Part shown: in pieces, positions 51,473 through 63,815 of the stretch
How the letters are laid out: each line of letters opens with the position of its first letter
Numbering within the stretch: position 1 is the first letter of the stretch
Source: Octopus sinensis
Lineage: Eukaryota
Assembly: GCF_006345805.1 (NCBI RefSeq)
Contig: NC_042999.1
Location: 112,654,001 to 112,718,000, forward strand
Length of the DNA stretch: 64,000 nucleotides
Direction: 5' to 3'
Made by a program: the position numbers and the translations under genes
The notes under the pieces: generated by a model
The model's database searches: none
What the model saw: only the letters and a program-made list of their open reading frames with translations
What the model was told of the DNA's origin: nothing

Positions 51473-53465
51473 CCTATAATGGACGTTATATCCGTCTGTC
51501 TGTCTGTCTGTACCCTCTTCGTGGTCAAATGGCTGGACCAATGGTCACGATATTTTTCAAGATTATGAAGGAGGTAATCAGGAAGGTTTTTAGCCAAAAA
51601 AAATGTGAATAAGTATGATTCATCATCATCATCGTTTAACGTCCGCTTTCCATGCTAGCATGGGTTGGACGGTTCAACTGGGGTCTGGTGAGCCCGAAGG
51701 CTGCACCAGGCCAGTCAGATCTGGCAGTGTTTCTACAGCTGGATGCCCTTCCTAACGCCAACCACTCCGAGAGTGTAGCGGGTGATTTTATGTGCCACCG
51801 ACACAGGTGCCAGACGAGGCTGGCAGACGGCCACGCTCGGATGGTGTTTTTTATGTGCCACCGACACAGGTGCCAGACGAGGCTGGCAGACGGCCACGCT
51901 CGGATGGTGTTTTTTATGTGCCACCGACACAGGTGCCAGACGAGGCTGGCGAACATCCACGATCGGATGGTGTTTGTTACGTGCCCACAGCACAGAGGCC
52001 AATCGATGCGGTACTGGCTACGGCCACGTTCGGATGGTTTTCTTATGTGCCACCAGCACTGGTACCACAAAGATACAAATTCCATTGATGTTCATCTATT
52101 TTGATTTGGTTTGATTTGATTTGATTTTCACTTGCCTCAACAGGTCTTCACAAGTGTTACAAGAAGGAAGGTATGCACAGGTGGACTAACTACGTCCCAG
52201 GTAGGGGCCACAGGTTATGGCTTCACTAGTCTTGCCAGGTCTTCTCACGCACAGCATACTTCCATAGGTCTCGGTCTCTAGTCATTTCCATGGTGAGACC
52301 TAACGTTCAAAGGTCGTGCTTCACCACCTCGTCCCAGGTTTTCCTGGGTCTACCTCTTCCACGGGTTCCCTCAACTACTAGGGATTGGCACTTTCTCACA
52401 CACCTATCTTCATCCATTCTCGCCACATGACCATACCAGCGCAATCGCCTCTCTTGCACACCACAACTGATGCTTCTTAGGTACAACATTTCTCTCAAGG
52501 TACTAACGCTCTGTCGAGTAAGTACACTGACATTACACATCCATCAGAGCATACTGGCTTCATTCCTCATGAGCTTACGCATGTCCTCAGCAGTCACGGC
52601 CCATGTTTCACTGCCATGTAGCATGGCAGTTCGTACACATGCATCATACAGTCTGCCTTTTACTCTGAGCGAGAAGCCTTTAGTCACCAGCAGAGGTAAG
52701 AGCTCCCTAAACTTTGCCCAGGCTATTCTTATTCTAGCAGTTACACTTTCAGCGCACCCACCCCCACTACTGACTTGGTCACCTAGATAACGGAAGCTAT
52801 CAACTACTTCTAGTTTTTCCCCCTGGAAAGTAACAGAAGTTGTTTTCTGCAGATTTTCGGAGGTGAATAAGTATGATTATTTAGTGGATATTGAGGGTAA
52901 CTGTTCAGTTTATGGGTGTAAAAAAAAGTAAATAAAATTTAAGGGGGGAGATAACTAAGAAAAGAAACAAAAGGCAGTAAGTCAACTTCTCACTATAATG
53001 GGCGTTATGTCTGTTCCCTTTTCATGGTCAAATGGCTGGACCAATAGTCATGATGTTTTTCAGGATTACAAAATAGGTAATCAGGAAAAAATGTAAAAAA
53101 GTATGATTATTTAGTGTATATTGAGTTTTGTATTAATAAATCACCTTTGATTTTTCTTTTTTTTTTGTTAAAATTCCGGCGATGTGGATTAACTCTGGAC
53201 CTCCTCCCCTTTAGTCCATGAATTTAGAGGGTTTAGATTTACAATACTATTCCTTTATTTCCCATCATAGATGAGCAGATTCCTAAAGATTCCACTCGCA
53301 CATTCATAGCAAACAAAGCACCAGGCCAAGCTTTAGATCATGTAGGTGTATTTTTACCCACTCCGATGGCCAGTTATACATCGCTATGAGTAGAGCAACG
53401 GACTCTAGTAATTTGGAAATTAGTGTTGACCAAAAAGAAAATATCATCTACAAAGAAGTTTTGAT
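51473..53465 (+). mobile_element. Helitron-derived region with a helicase C-terminal remnant, interrupted by the RTE insertion
   Basis: A (GTCT)n-containing 5' module at 51473-51620 resumes at 52879 and recurs at 52985-53130. 53299-53463 reads ANKAPGQALDHVGVFLPT/DGQLYIAMSRATDSSNL...NIIYKEVL, matching PIF1-family motifs V-VI with a frameshift. Confidence 0.7.
51621..52862 (-). mobile_element. RTE-clade LINE, 5'-truncated, with a 16-bp target-site duplication
   Basis: ORF end RRLRWYGHVARMDEDRCV...RGRPRKTWDEVVKHDL and a (GAT)n tail. TSD GTGAATAAGTATGATT at 51605-51620 and 52863-52878. Confidence 0.93.
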
Positions 53466-54329
53466 ATTATCGAAAGGAATATGATTTGTAGTGGTAATGT
53501 TACAAAGAAAAAATGAGTTAGTGAAAATGAGGGTGGTGGGACAAAACAGCTGCTTCATTGGTGAGTTACCATAGTTGTCTCTTTGTGCCTTTTCCTTTTG
53601 GGACAGCATTTTGTTCAGCTGGTCAGCCAGATTAGGTTCTCACTAACTAACTTTTGCTTGGGAATCTTCTGTATATATAATTATTGCAAGATCACAACAA
53701 AGAGAGACATACCTTTATCCAAACAATTTCACATTGGGAGGTCTATTGTTCTGTCAATTTAACTCACCACCACATACAAAAAGGTTAACAGAGGTCAAGT
53801 GGCAAAGACATAAATCAGCTTAGGGAAGACATCTGTTGAATGTCACTCTTGTCAACTTAATGTTTCTCTATGGGGAAAAGTGAAATTTGGCGATGGAGGA
53901 TCAAATCCATGCCATGCCTGCATGAAGCCACTACCAATTCATAATTTAAATAAGGAAATTTGTGAACTTTGAATGTATAAGAGCATAATCAAGTGTAAAA
54001 TAGTGTAAACAACTAAAATAAAAGTATATCTAAATAACATTTTCTTTATACTTATGTAGTGGTCAAAGGAATGTCTGGCTTTCAATAACCATTCATGAAA
54101 CAGGCTGGGAGCCCATATCAGTTCAGGAGTGAATCGTCATCATTTCACTTAGTCACAAATACATGTCATATAGCTGCAAAAGAATACTGTATCACCAACC
54201 ATAATGGGATTTTCCTAAGACACCCAGTAATCTATCAAGTCCATTTACACATTTCTCAATACATATTGCTGTTATGACTTCCTTCCCTCATTTTATGCCA
54301 CCATTGTTGATGGGTAGATTTGCTAGTTT

Positions 54330-54800
54330 TCATAACAACTAGATGCTTTTGTAGCCAACTATCTCTTGTGCCAGGGCCAGTCATTGAGTATGACACCTTC
54401 TTGTTTTACCTGATATATTATTCAAGTGACCATCCTTTACCCTATTTTGCCACATATTTTAAGCCTCTATGCAACTATTTTTATGGACTGTGTGCTTTCT
54501 CTAGCTTCATATCTTTAACTGCTGTACTGTTATCAACTTGGCTAGTCCCTCAATTGGGTCTATGTAAAGACTCCCAATTTTTCATGCATTCTTGACATTC
54601 AGCTACCTCTTTCTTTTCAAGGTCAGTGACAACAAGCATGCCATCATCACTTCCATGTAACTTTTCCCTGACAATCCTCATTTTCTGTAGTACACTGTTT
54701 AAGAAAGACCACCTCATGACCTTTATCCTCATATCATATTTTATCTGTAAACTTCATCTTTTCTGTCTCTACCCTTCTTTGTATACCTAATGTAGCTTCT
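54330..54800 (-). mobile_element. Very old RTE-like fragment
   Basis: A residual EGVILNDW motif, as in the region upstream of RTE RT domains, within purine-rich decayed coding-like sequence. Confidence 0.4.
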
Positions 54801-55921
54801 ATTCTTAGTTTTTGTTATTTTTCTCTACTGCTCCATGTCTTCCAATTTGACTCTTTGCTGTTATGGCATTACTCATAGTATTGCTCTACAACCATCTCAC
54901 CCTTGTGTCTGGTTGGGGCCTTGCACCAACCACAGATTTGGTCTGTAGCTCTCAATAGACAGTCCCATAAAAACTGCCAGTTTTATTTTGCTACACGTCT
55001 CAGTTAATAACTCTCTGAATCTACAAACAACAAAGGTCACTTTCAACTTCCAGGACTTCTTCCTGAGTCAGAGTAGCTCTCATTTTGAAGTTGCTAACCA
55101 CTAACCTATGTTGGGAGATGCATTCTTTCACCTGAGTTGGACTTGGCATTTAGTCATCTGCCTGTCCCACTTTCTAGTGAGAATAAAGTCTATTTAGTTT
55201 GCATGCTCACTTGATTGGCAATAAGTGATCAGGTCACTGGATGATTTCATGTAGATTATGAGATTATTTGCATCCCAGAAATCTAGGAATCTTGATCCCC
55301 CCTCATATATCACCATCATCATCATATATCTGTTTACCATGACAGTATAACAGAATCCAGTGAACTGCAGAGTCATGTCAAACTCTAATGTCAGTTTTGT
55401 CTTGGCTTCTATGACTGTAAACCCTCCCTAACACCAACCATTCAGTGTGGACTGTGAGCTTCTTTGCATGCCACTGGCAGAAGCAAGGTCACCAAGTTAC
55501 TTACAAAAAAAAAAAAAGAAAAAGGGAAAATTTAGAGATATACTCAGGTATTAAGTTCTGTTTCTATTTCTTCCGTCAATCTTATATGTATGCACACACA
55601 CACACACAGAGGCATGGCTGTATGGTTAAGAAGTTCTCTTCCCAACCATGAGATTTCAAATTCAGTCCTACTGTGTGGCACAATGGGCAAGTGTCTTCTA
55701 CTATTGTCTTGGTCAACCACAGTCTTGTGACTGATTTGATAGACGGAATCTGAAAGAAGCCAGTTCTATATATGTGTATATGTGTGCATATATATACACA
55801 CACACATATTCATACATACACACACAAACACATGTGTGTGCACCTTGGCTAACTGTATTTTATTGCCATGTGAGCAAATCTTGAAATGAAAACAGAAAAG
55901 GAAACCAATGTGCATATGTGC

Positions 55922-55968
<47 letters not shown>

Positions 55969-56343
55969 AGTGAACACATGTGAATATGGTCCTTCTCCTG
56001 ACACCAAGCACTAGTTCTCAACAACTTTCAGGTGTCATTTGTTTGCAATTTTCTGATAATAAAATCTCTGAACTAAGTAAAAACTACCACTTTGCTTTAG
56101 AACAGGTGAAGGTTGATTACAGAAAGAGCATCTAGCCATCAAAAATCTACCTCACAAAATTTTGTGTCACTTATACAAGCATTGAAAAGTATACAAAAAT
56201 GTATTAAAATAATGATAACACATGTATGCAATTTATATATATATTTAAATATGTGTGTATCTGTATATGTGTGTGTATGCATGTATATATATTATATAGT
56301 CATATAGTTACATATGTACTATGTGTATATTTACATGTGAGCA

Positions 56344-56407
<64 letters not shown>

Positions 56408-57037
56408 TATGCATATGTATGAATATGTAAATATATAAACATTTATGTATGTTATTTATATATTAATATATGTCATCGTTACCAGCATTGCCTTACTGGC
56501 ACCTATGCCGGTGGCATGTGTAAAAAGATTCGAGCGAGGTCGTTGCCAGTACTGCCTGACTGGCCCCAATGCCAGTGGCACATAAAAGCACCCACTACAC
56601 TCTCGGAGTGGTTGGCATTAGGATGGGCATCCAGCTGTAGAAACTCTGCCAGATCAAGATTGGAGCCTGGTGCAGCCATCTGGTTTGCCAGCCCTCAGTC
56701 AAATCATCCAACCCATGCTAGCATGGAAAGCGGACGTTAAACGATGATGATGATGATTTATATATAATTGATCACGTTTCACCTTTGTGAACACACATAA
56801 ATGTGTGTGTGTGAGTGTATACACACAAATGCATATCATCATCAACATCATCATCGTTTAACGTCCGTTTTCCATGCTAGCATGGGTTACACACAAATGC
56901 ATATATATGCATGTATGTATTTATTTATGTATACATGCATATCAATACATAGCTATATATACATTGACATCATTATGATGCATATATTTATAATATACAT
57001 AAATATGCATGTATACCACACACACAAATACACATGC

Positions 57038-57078
<41 letters not shown>

Positions 57079-58059
57079 CATTTACACAAATATACAATAC
57101 AAATATCATATATGAACTGATGCAAATACAATAAACAATAAAGTAGGGCAACACAAGAGGAACAAGTTTTAACAAATACGGTATTAGCTTAACACTTTAA
57201 TGGAAAGAGAAGTTGCTTCAATGTTTTGAACCTCAGTCTTTCATCAGAAGAGAGAGAGAAAGAATGAAAGTTTAAAAACCAGGTGGGAATGCTGTTTTAT
57301 TGGGGGCAGTAGTTAAGAAGGGAGGAAGAAGCAAGTGTATATATGCAAGTATAGGGGTGTATTTGTATCTGAAAACTGGCAAAGGGGTGAGCTGTGTGTC
57401 AGTATAGTGAATGTGTGTAGAGGTATGCAAGTGTGGAAATATACTGATGTGGGTTAATGGTGTGTGTGTGTGTGTGTGTGTAATTATAATGAGTAGGTGG
57501 TAAGAAAGTGCATATGTGAAGAGGTCACAGCCAGTGCTGATGTGAGGGGAAGAAAGACGCTGGTGATGCAAATGGAATGGCAAGAGCAATGTGTAGGGTG
57601 CAACAGACGTGTGCAAGTGTGTGATAAAATTACAAAGGTGTATGAAATATTTTAACAAGGAAAAAGAGGTTTACACTAAAATATGCAAAAGAAAGAGAAA
57701 ATGTATGAATTCTGTGAAGAAAGGAAAAGTCAAAGAAAGTGTTAAAAAAATTTACACAACACTATATATGCTTATATATATGTATCATCATCATCATTTA
57801 ACGTCCGTTGTCCATGCTGGCATGGGTTGGACAGTTTGACTGGGCTGGCACGCTGGAAGGCTGCGCCAGGATCCAGTCTGATTTGGCATGGTTTTCTATG
57901 GCTGGATGCCCTTCCTAATGCCAACCACTCTGAGAGTGTAATGGGTATTTTTACGTGCCATTCACGTGACACAAGTATCTGCCACGACTGAGATTTTGCT
58001 CAGCTTGATGGGTCTTCTCAAGCATGACAGTGCCAAAAGTCTTGGCCATTGCCTCTGTA

Positions 58060-58425
58060 AAGCCCAACACTCAAAAGTAACTCAGCAACTTTGCCTCCAC
58101 AGGACCCAATGTGCAAAAGGAACTCAGCCACCGCACCTCCATGAGGCTCATTCAAAAGGTACTCAACCAGCTTGACTCTGCGAGGCCCAACACTTGAAAG
58201 GAACTCAGCCACTTTGCCTCCATGCAGCCCAGGAGCTCGGCCACTTTGCCTCCATTGAGGCTCAATGCTCAAAAGGAACTCAACCACCTCACCTTCATGA
58301 GGCCCACTTGAAAGGAACTTAGCTACCTTGTCTCCATAGGGCCCAACACATGAAAGGAACTCAGCCACCTCGTCAGGCCCAATGCTCAAAAGGTACTCAG
58401 CCACTTTGCCTCCACGAGGCTTGAC
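58060..58425. repeat. Minisatellite of about nine ~42-bp units
   Basis: The unit CCCAAYRCTYRAAAGGAACTCAGCCACTTTGCCTCCAYGAGG recurs with variation. Confidence 0.85.
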
Positions 58426-58848
58426 ATTCAAAGGTTGATTATTTTCTTTATGTGCCACCAGCATGGGTGCACTTGGCTTGATGGGTTCTCTTAAATAGAG
58501 CAGATTGCCAAAGGTCTCAGTCACTAGTCATTGCCTCTGTAAGGTTCAAAGCATATGTACATTTGTATATAAATACTTGTTACACATGTATACATATATA
58601 AGCCTACACACATATATCTACATACCCATATGCTCACATACATAGATGTATATGTATGTATGTGTGTGCATGCATATATATAAATATATATATATATATA
58701 TATTTATATATAGAGGGCATTATACATACATGCCAGAAGGCATTATACATAAATGCCACACGCTAAGAGGGACAATTAGTCATTTCTACCAAAAATATTA
58801 CTAATCCCACCGAATGCAATTTTTCAAAGTAAGACATTTAAAAAATAT

Positions 58849-58896
58849 AGACCTGTATCACAGTGATTTCATACTTACGTATTCATCAGCAGGCCT
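58849..58896 (-). ncRNA. Minimal type I hammerhead ribozyme, identical mirror copy on the minus strand
   Basis: Exact reverse complement of 59006-59053 within the left arm of the perfect inverted repeat. Confidence 0.85.
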
Positions 58897-59005
58897 GAAT
58901 GTATTATAAATAAATATGTAAACTCACCCATGTGCTTCGTTGATGTTGATCAGTTAGCTGATCGGCTTAAGTGGGGCAGGGTCGTTGTTTATTTATAATA
59001 CATTC

Positions 59006-59053
59006 AGGCCTGCTGATGAATACGTAAGTATGAAATCACTGTGATACAGGTCT
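59006..59053 (+). ncRNA. Minimal type I hammerhead ribozyme, intact core
   Basis: Stem I AGGCCUG/CAGGUCU (7 bp, one G-U); CUGAUGA at 59013-59019; stem II AUAC-GUAA-GUAU; GAAA at 59032-59035; stem III AUCAC-U-GUGAU. The cleavage triplet is AUA, so the predicted cut is after 59046. Confidence 0.85.
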
Positions 59054-59922
59054 ATATTTTTTAAATGTCTTACTTTGAAAAATTGCATTCGGTGGGATTA
59101 GTAATATTTTTGGTAGAAATGACTAATTGTCCCTCTTAGCGTGTGGCATTTATGTATAATGCCTTCTGGCATGTATGTATAATGCCCTCTATATATAAAT
59201 TAATATGTTCAATAAGAAATAATTATTTTCGAAATTTTTTCTCTTATGAGGTTTTCACGCTATCTACCTGACAATTTCTTGTTAAGTTTTCCTTATTAAG
59301 TAGTTGTCCTTAATTGCTATATATATATATATATATATATATAAACACACATACACACACACACACACAAATAAAAGAAAATAGCACTCAGCAAAGTATT
59401 TGGAGTTTTAAGTATTTAATAACAATGTTGACTCAGCTTCACATTAATCAAAACTTTCATGGGTGCAGAACACATTCACATCAATAGATGAATGGAGTCA
59501 GAGTAGAAGGAATTTATGAAACATTTTAAATAGCTACAGAGTGAAAATAGGCCTGTATTGATCAGTCCAGGTCACATGGATATTTTAGTTAGCCAGCAAC
59601 AATTCTTTCATTACATGCTCCATGTGGTAGAGTAGGCTAGCTGTCAGCATTGGTTAGTTGGTGTTCTGAAGGCTATGACACTTCAGGGACAGTTACCACA
59701 TGGAGTTCTAAAAATTTTAGTTATGTCAGATTACATATCAGTCTGCATGACAAACATGGTTACATAGAGTAAATATAGCTGGGTGAAAATGTCTACAATT
59801 ATAGTACACTGAATAGTCAAGAATCTCACTATGGACAGTAGGGATTACATATCCTGCAATTATGCATGGGCCATTTAGGCCTACGATGATAATCCCAGAT
59901 TATCAGCAACTTGTTGCTTGAA

Positions 59923-60640
59923 GTTCTTTAACAGGATGTATCTTTGGTGACAACAATAGAATAGGTTGGTTTTCCTACTGATGGATACTGCAGGCAATTA
60001 AAGTATATGCAAGTTCTCATGGAGGTAGAAATGACAATTACTAATAATGGTTGAATGAGGAGTAGCCTTGTCAAGGAAACTCCATGTGATACTGAGGAAG
60101 TTGCTTCCTTGATCTGGGATTAACCAAATGAAGTGGTGGAGTTCTCCATGTCACTACACTTGAAGGAGTACATATGTTACATAAATTCTTTGAAATCCCC
60201 AATTGATATGCCTGTATAGTGTCTTAGTAAGCCATTAGACATTGTGTGAATGGCTTGACCACAACTTTTGAGTGACAAGATCCTTGCAGTAAGCAACTGG
60301 TAGGATCTTGGCAGTTACAGGTTGGAATGTGGAAGGAAGATTGTGTGGGTATTTGTTTATGTTATAGTGAGACATGCTGGATGCAATATAATCTAAGTAT
60401 GAGTAACTAACCATTATGAGAATTAGAGTTGATATCTAAAGGTTCTTGAGAAATACGGGCATTACGGAGTTCCTAGTTATATGAGTGACAGTATCTATAT
60501 TGAATGAAGAATTAAACCAAATTACATTTCCCCTTCTAAAACTTTACAGGTTTGGAGATGGAGTATATATACTATATACTACCTTATCAATGAAGCCACT
60601 CATTGTTAGTGCCTTATCATATTGAGATGTAGCCTTTTGG
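59923..60640 (-). pseudogene. Decayed Penelope-like GIY-YIG endonuclease region
   Basis: Broken minus-strand translations include QYDKALTMSGF, NCQDPTSCLLQGSC, HYTGISIGDFKE and ITWSFLDKATP. These follow the order expected for the linker, CC(H)C region and GIY-YIG domain of Penelope ORFs. Many stops and frameshifts. Confidence 0.6.
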
Positions 60641-60884
60641 AAATTTTTTTCTCTGCTAACAAATTGGAAATTCTTCTGCTGATACCTTACATTGCAGCCT
60701 TACTGATGCAGGAGTGGATGGCAATGAGAATACATTTACTTACAATACCTAAGAGATATATATTAGCTAACTTGGAAAACTGTGAGAGTATGTGACAGGA
60801 AGGGTATCTGGTCACTGAAAGTCTGCCTCAAAAAACCATGCAAATATGAAAAAGTGGGCATTTAAATTATGAAGATAGTATATA

Positions 60885-61200
60885 ACTGGCATCCCATTGG
60901 TTACAATGATGAGAGTTCTAGTTGATCTGATCAATGGAACAGCCTGTTTATGAAATTAGCATGCAAGTGGTTGACCACACAACAGACATGTGCACCCTTA
61001 ATGTAATTTTCAGGTAGATTCAGCATAACACATTGTGATAAGGCTGGCCCTTTGAATCATAGGTACAACCCATTTTTGCCAGCTGAGTGGACTGAAGCAA
61101 CATGAAATAAAGTCTCTTGCTCAAGGACAAAATGCACCACTACGAATTGAACTCACAGCCTTCTGACCATAAGCCGAATACTCTGACTACTAAGCCACAC
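60885..61200 (-). mobile_element. CORE-type tRNA-derived SINE
   Basis: A minus-strand head GTGGCTTAGTAGTCAGAG...GAGTTCAATTC is followed by CCTTGAGCAAG...CAGTCCACTCAGCTGGCAAAAATGG, resembling a CORE domain. Confidence 0.55.
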
Positions 61201-62501
61201 ACATACATTACATGTACATATATATACCTAAATACACATATACCATCATATATTACATACATTACACACCCACTCATCCATGCATATAAATACACATACA
61301 ACATGTGGACAAGGAACACCACAATGAAGATCATAAGGAGAAATTTGAATTTAGAACACAAGTATTCATTTGTGTGTATGAGTTTGTATACATGCACACA
61401 CATCTCACTGTATTTGTAAAGAAACATGGTTCAGATCTACTGTATGGAACCTTGAGCAAATGTCTTCTATTATAGATCCAGGCCAAATAAAGCTTTGTGA
61501 GTGGATTTCATAGACAGAAACTGAAAGAAGCCCATCATATATATGTATCCATATAGATAATATATGGACACATACATACTCATATGTTCACATGTGTGTA
61601 CCCTTGTCTTGATACTACATGATAGTTGTAAAGAAACCATCATATGAGTGAGCTTGTTCATTTCCAGTCTTCCATTAAAAGCTTGTCTAGTCATGAAAAA
61701 TATTACTGTCTTTCAAAACAGGAATGGCATTCAGCCATGAAATCATAGAAGAATAGACTTTAAACAATGATGTTAATGATGAAGCTATATGTACTTATCT
61801 ATAGATATATCTGCCCCCAGAATGGCCACATTCCAATGATTGCAACAAGTACAATGTAAAAGATATTTGTATATGCATATGTTTCAAGAAGGAGAGAGAT
61901 AGAAATATAAATATCATCTTTCTTTACCGTTTAACAACCAGTGTTCTATGCTCAATCAGCCTATGAGCAGCCTCTGATTTTTTTTACCCATTCAAGAGAC
62001 TTTTTAACCCAACACTCTACATGCTATTTATAGCTTTATCTATTTCAAGTTCTACAGTAAAAAATTATTTATTTCATATTTCTTTAAGTTTATAAAGTCA
62101 TATAATATAAATATCCACATATTTATATATAGGTGCAGGCATAGCTGTGTGGAATGAAGTTTGCCTCCCAACCATATGGTTCCACTACATGGCACCTTGG
62201 GCAAGTGTCTTCTACAATAGCCTTGAGCTGACCAAAGCCTTGTGAGTGGATTTGGTAGACAGAAACTGAAAGAAGCCCATCGAATATATATTTGTGTGTG
62301 TGTGTGTATGTATTTGTGTGTGAGTGTGTGTGTGTGTCCACCATCACTTGACAACCGATGTTGGTGTGTTTATGTCCCTGTAACTAAGCAGTTCAGCTAA
62401 AGTGGTTGATAGAATAAGTTCTGGGGTCGATTTGCTTGACTAAAGGCAGTGCTCCAGTATGGTTGCAGTCAAATGACTGAAACAACTAAAAGAATACAAA
62501 A

Positions 62502-63075
62502 ATATATATATATATACATATCATTATAATGCCAGTGGCATGAAAAAAGCACCCAGTACACTCTGTAAAGTGGTTGGTATTACAACTATCCATAGAAACT
62601 ATATTGAAGCAAACACTCAAGCATGATGCAGCCCTTGGATTCATCAAATCCTTATCAAACTCATGGAACATGGACATTAAATAATGATGATGATGATGAC
62701 ACACACATATACATACACATCCTCATCCCAAGTTAACATTATCATCATATATGGGACTGATATGAGATCTATAAGAAATGTAGGCACAAGATAAAATGGA
62801 TTTTGAAACCTAAGGTACTTGTAGACTATATCAATAATATATGTAGACCATCATCATCATCATTTAACATCTGTTTCATGTTGGCATGGATTGGATGGTT
62901 TGACAGGAGCTGGTAAGCCAGAGGAATGCACCAAATTCCACTGTCTCTTTTGGTATGGTTTTTATGGCTGGATGCCCTTCCTAATGCCAACCACTTTACA
63001 GAGTGGACTGGACAATACACACACATATTCATATAAATACATATATGTGTGTGGGTATAATCTATGTCTGTAATA

Positions 63076-63118
<43 letters not shown>

Positions 63119-63672
63119 CATTATAATGCCAGTGGCATGAAAAAAGCACCCAGTACACTCTGTAAAGTGGTTGGTATTACAACCATCCATAGAAACTATA
63201 TTGAAGCAAACACTCAAGCATGATGCAGCCCTTGGATTCATCAAATCCTTATCAAACTCATGGAACATGGACATTAAATAATGATGATGATGATGACACA
63301 CACATATACATACACATCCTCATCCCAAGTTAACATTATCATCATATATGGGACTGATATGAGATCTATAAGAAATGTAGGCACAAGATAAAATGGATTT
63401 TGAAACCTAAGGTACTTGTAGACTATATCAATAATATATGTAGACCATCATCATCATCATTTAACATCTGTTTCATGTTGGCATGGATTGGATGGTTTGA
63501 CAGGAGCTGGTAAGCCAGAGGAATGCACCAAATTCCACTGTCTCTTTTGGTATGGTTTTTATGGCTGGATGCCCTTCCTAATGCCAACCACTTTACAGAG
63601 TGGACTGGACAATACACACACATATTCATATAAATACATATATGTGTGTGGGTATAATCTATGTCTGTAATA

Positions 63673-63712
<40 letters not shown>
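62502..63712. repeat. 597-bp tandem duplication
   Basis: Landmarks recur at a fixed 597-bp offset (62521/63118; 62821/63418). I saw one substitution (62587 T vs 63184 C). (TA)n lies at all three boundaries. Confidence 0.92.
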
Positions 63713-63716
<4 letters not shown>

Positions 63717-63777
63717 CATGTACATAGATTATATCCATACACAAACATTTATAGAGAGATAGAGAGGGTGGAGAAAG

Positions 63778-63815
<38 letters not shown>

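Larger units (their letters stand above)
58702..59318. mobile_element. Non-autonomous Penelope-like/retrozyme-like element with an inverted pseudo-LTR
   Basis: Arms 58702-58914 and 58988-59200 are perfect reverse complements (213 bp) around a 73-bp spacer. The right side continues with non-microsatellite sequence to about 59318. Both flanks are (TA)n. Hammerheads and inverted terminal copies are established Penelope-like element features, so the class is inferred. Confidence 0.65.

Noticed and set aside
58018-58524. 168-aa repetitive ORF as a host gene
   Set aside because: It is the reading frame of a minisatellite inside a retroelement remnant, with no splice or expression evidence.
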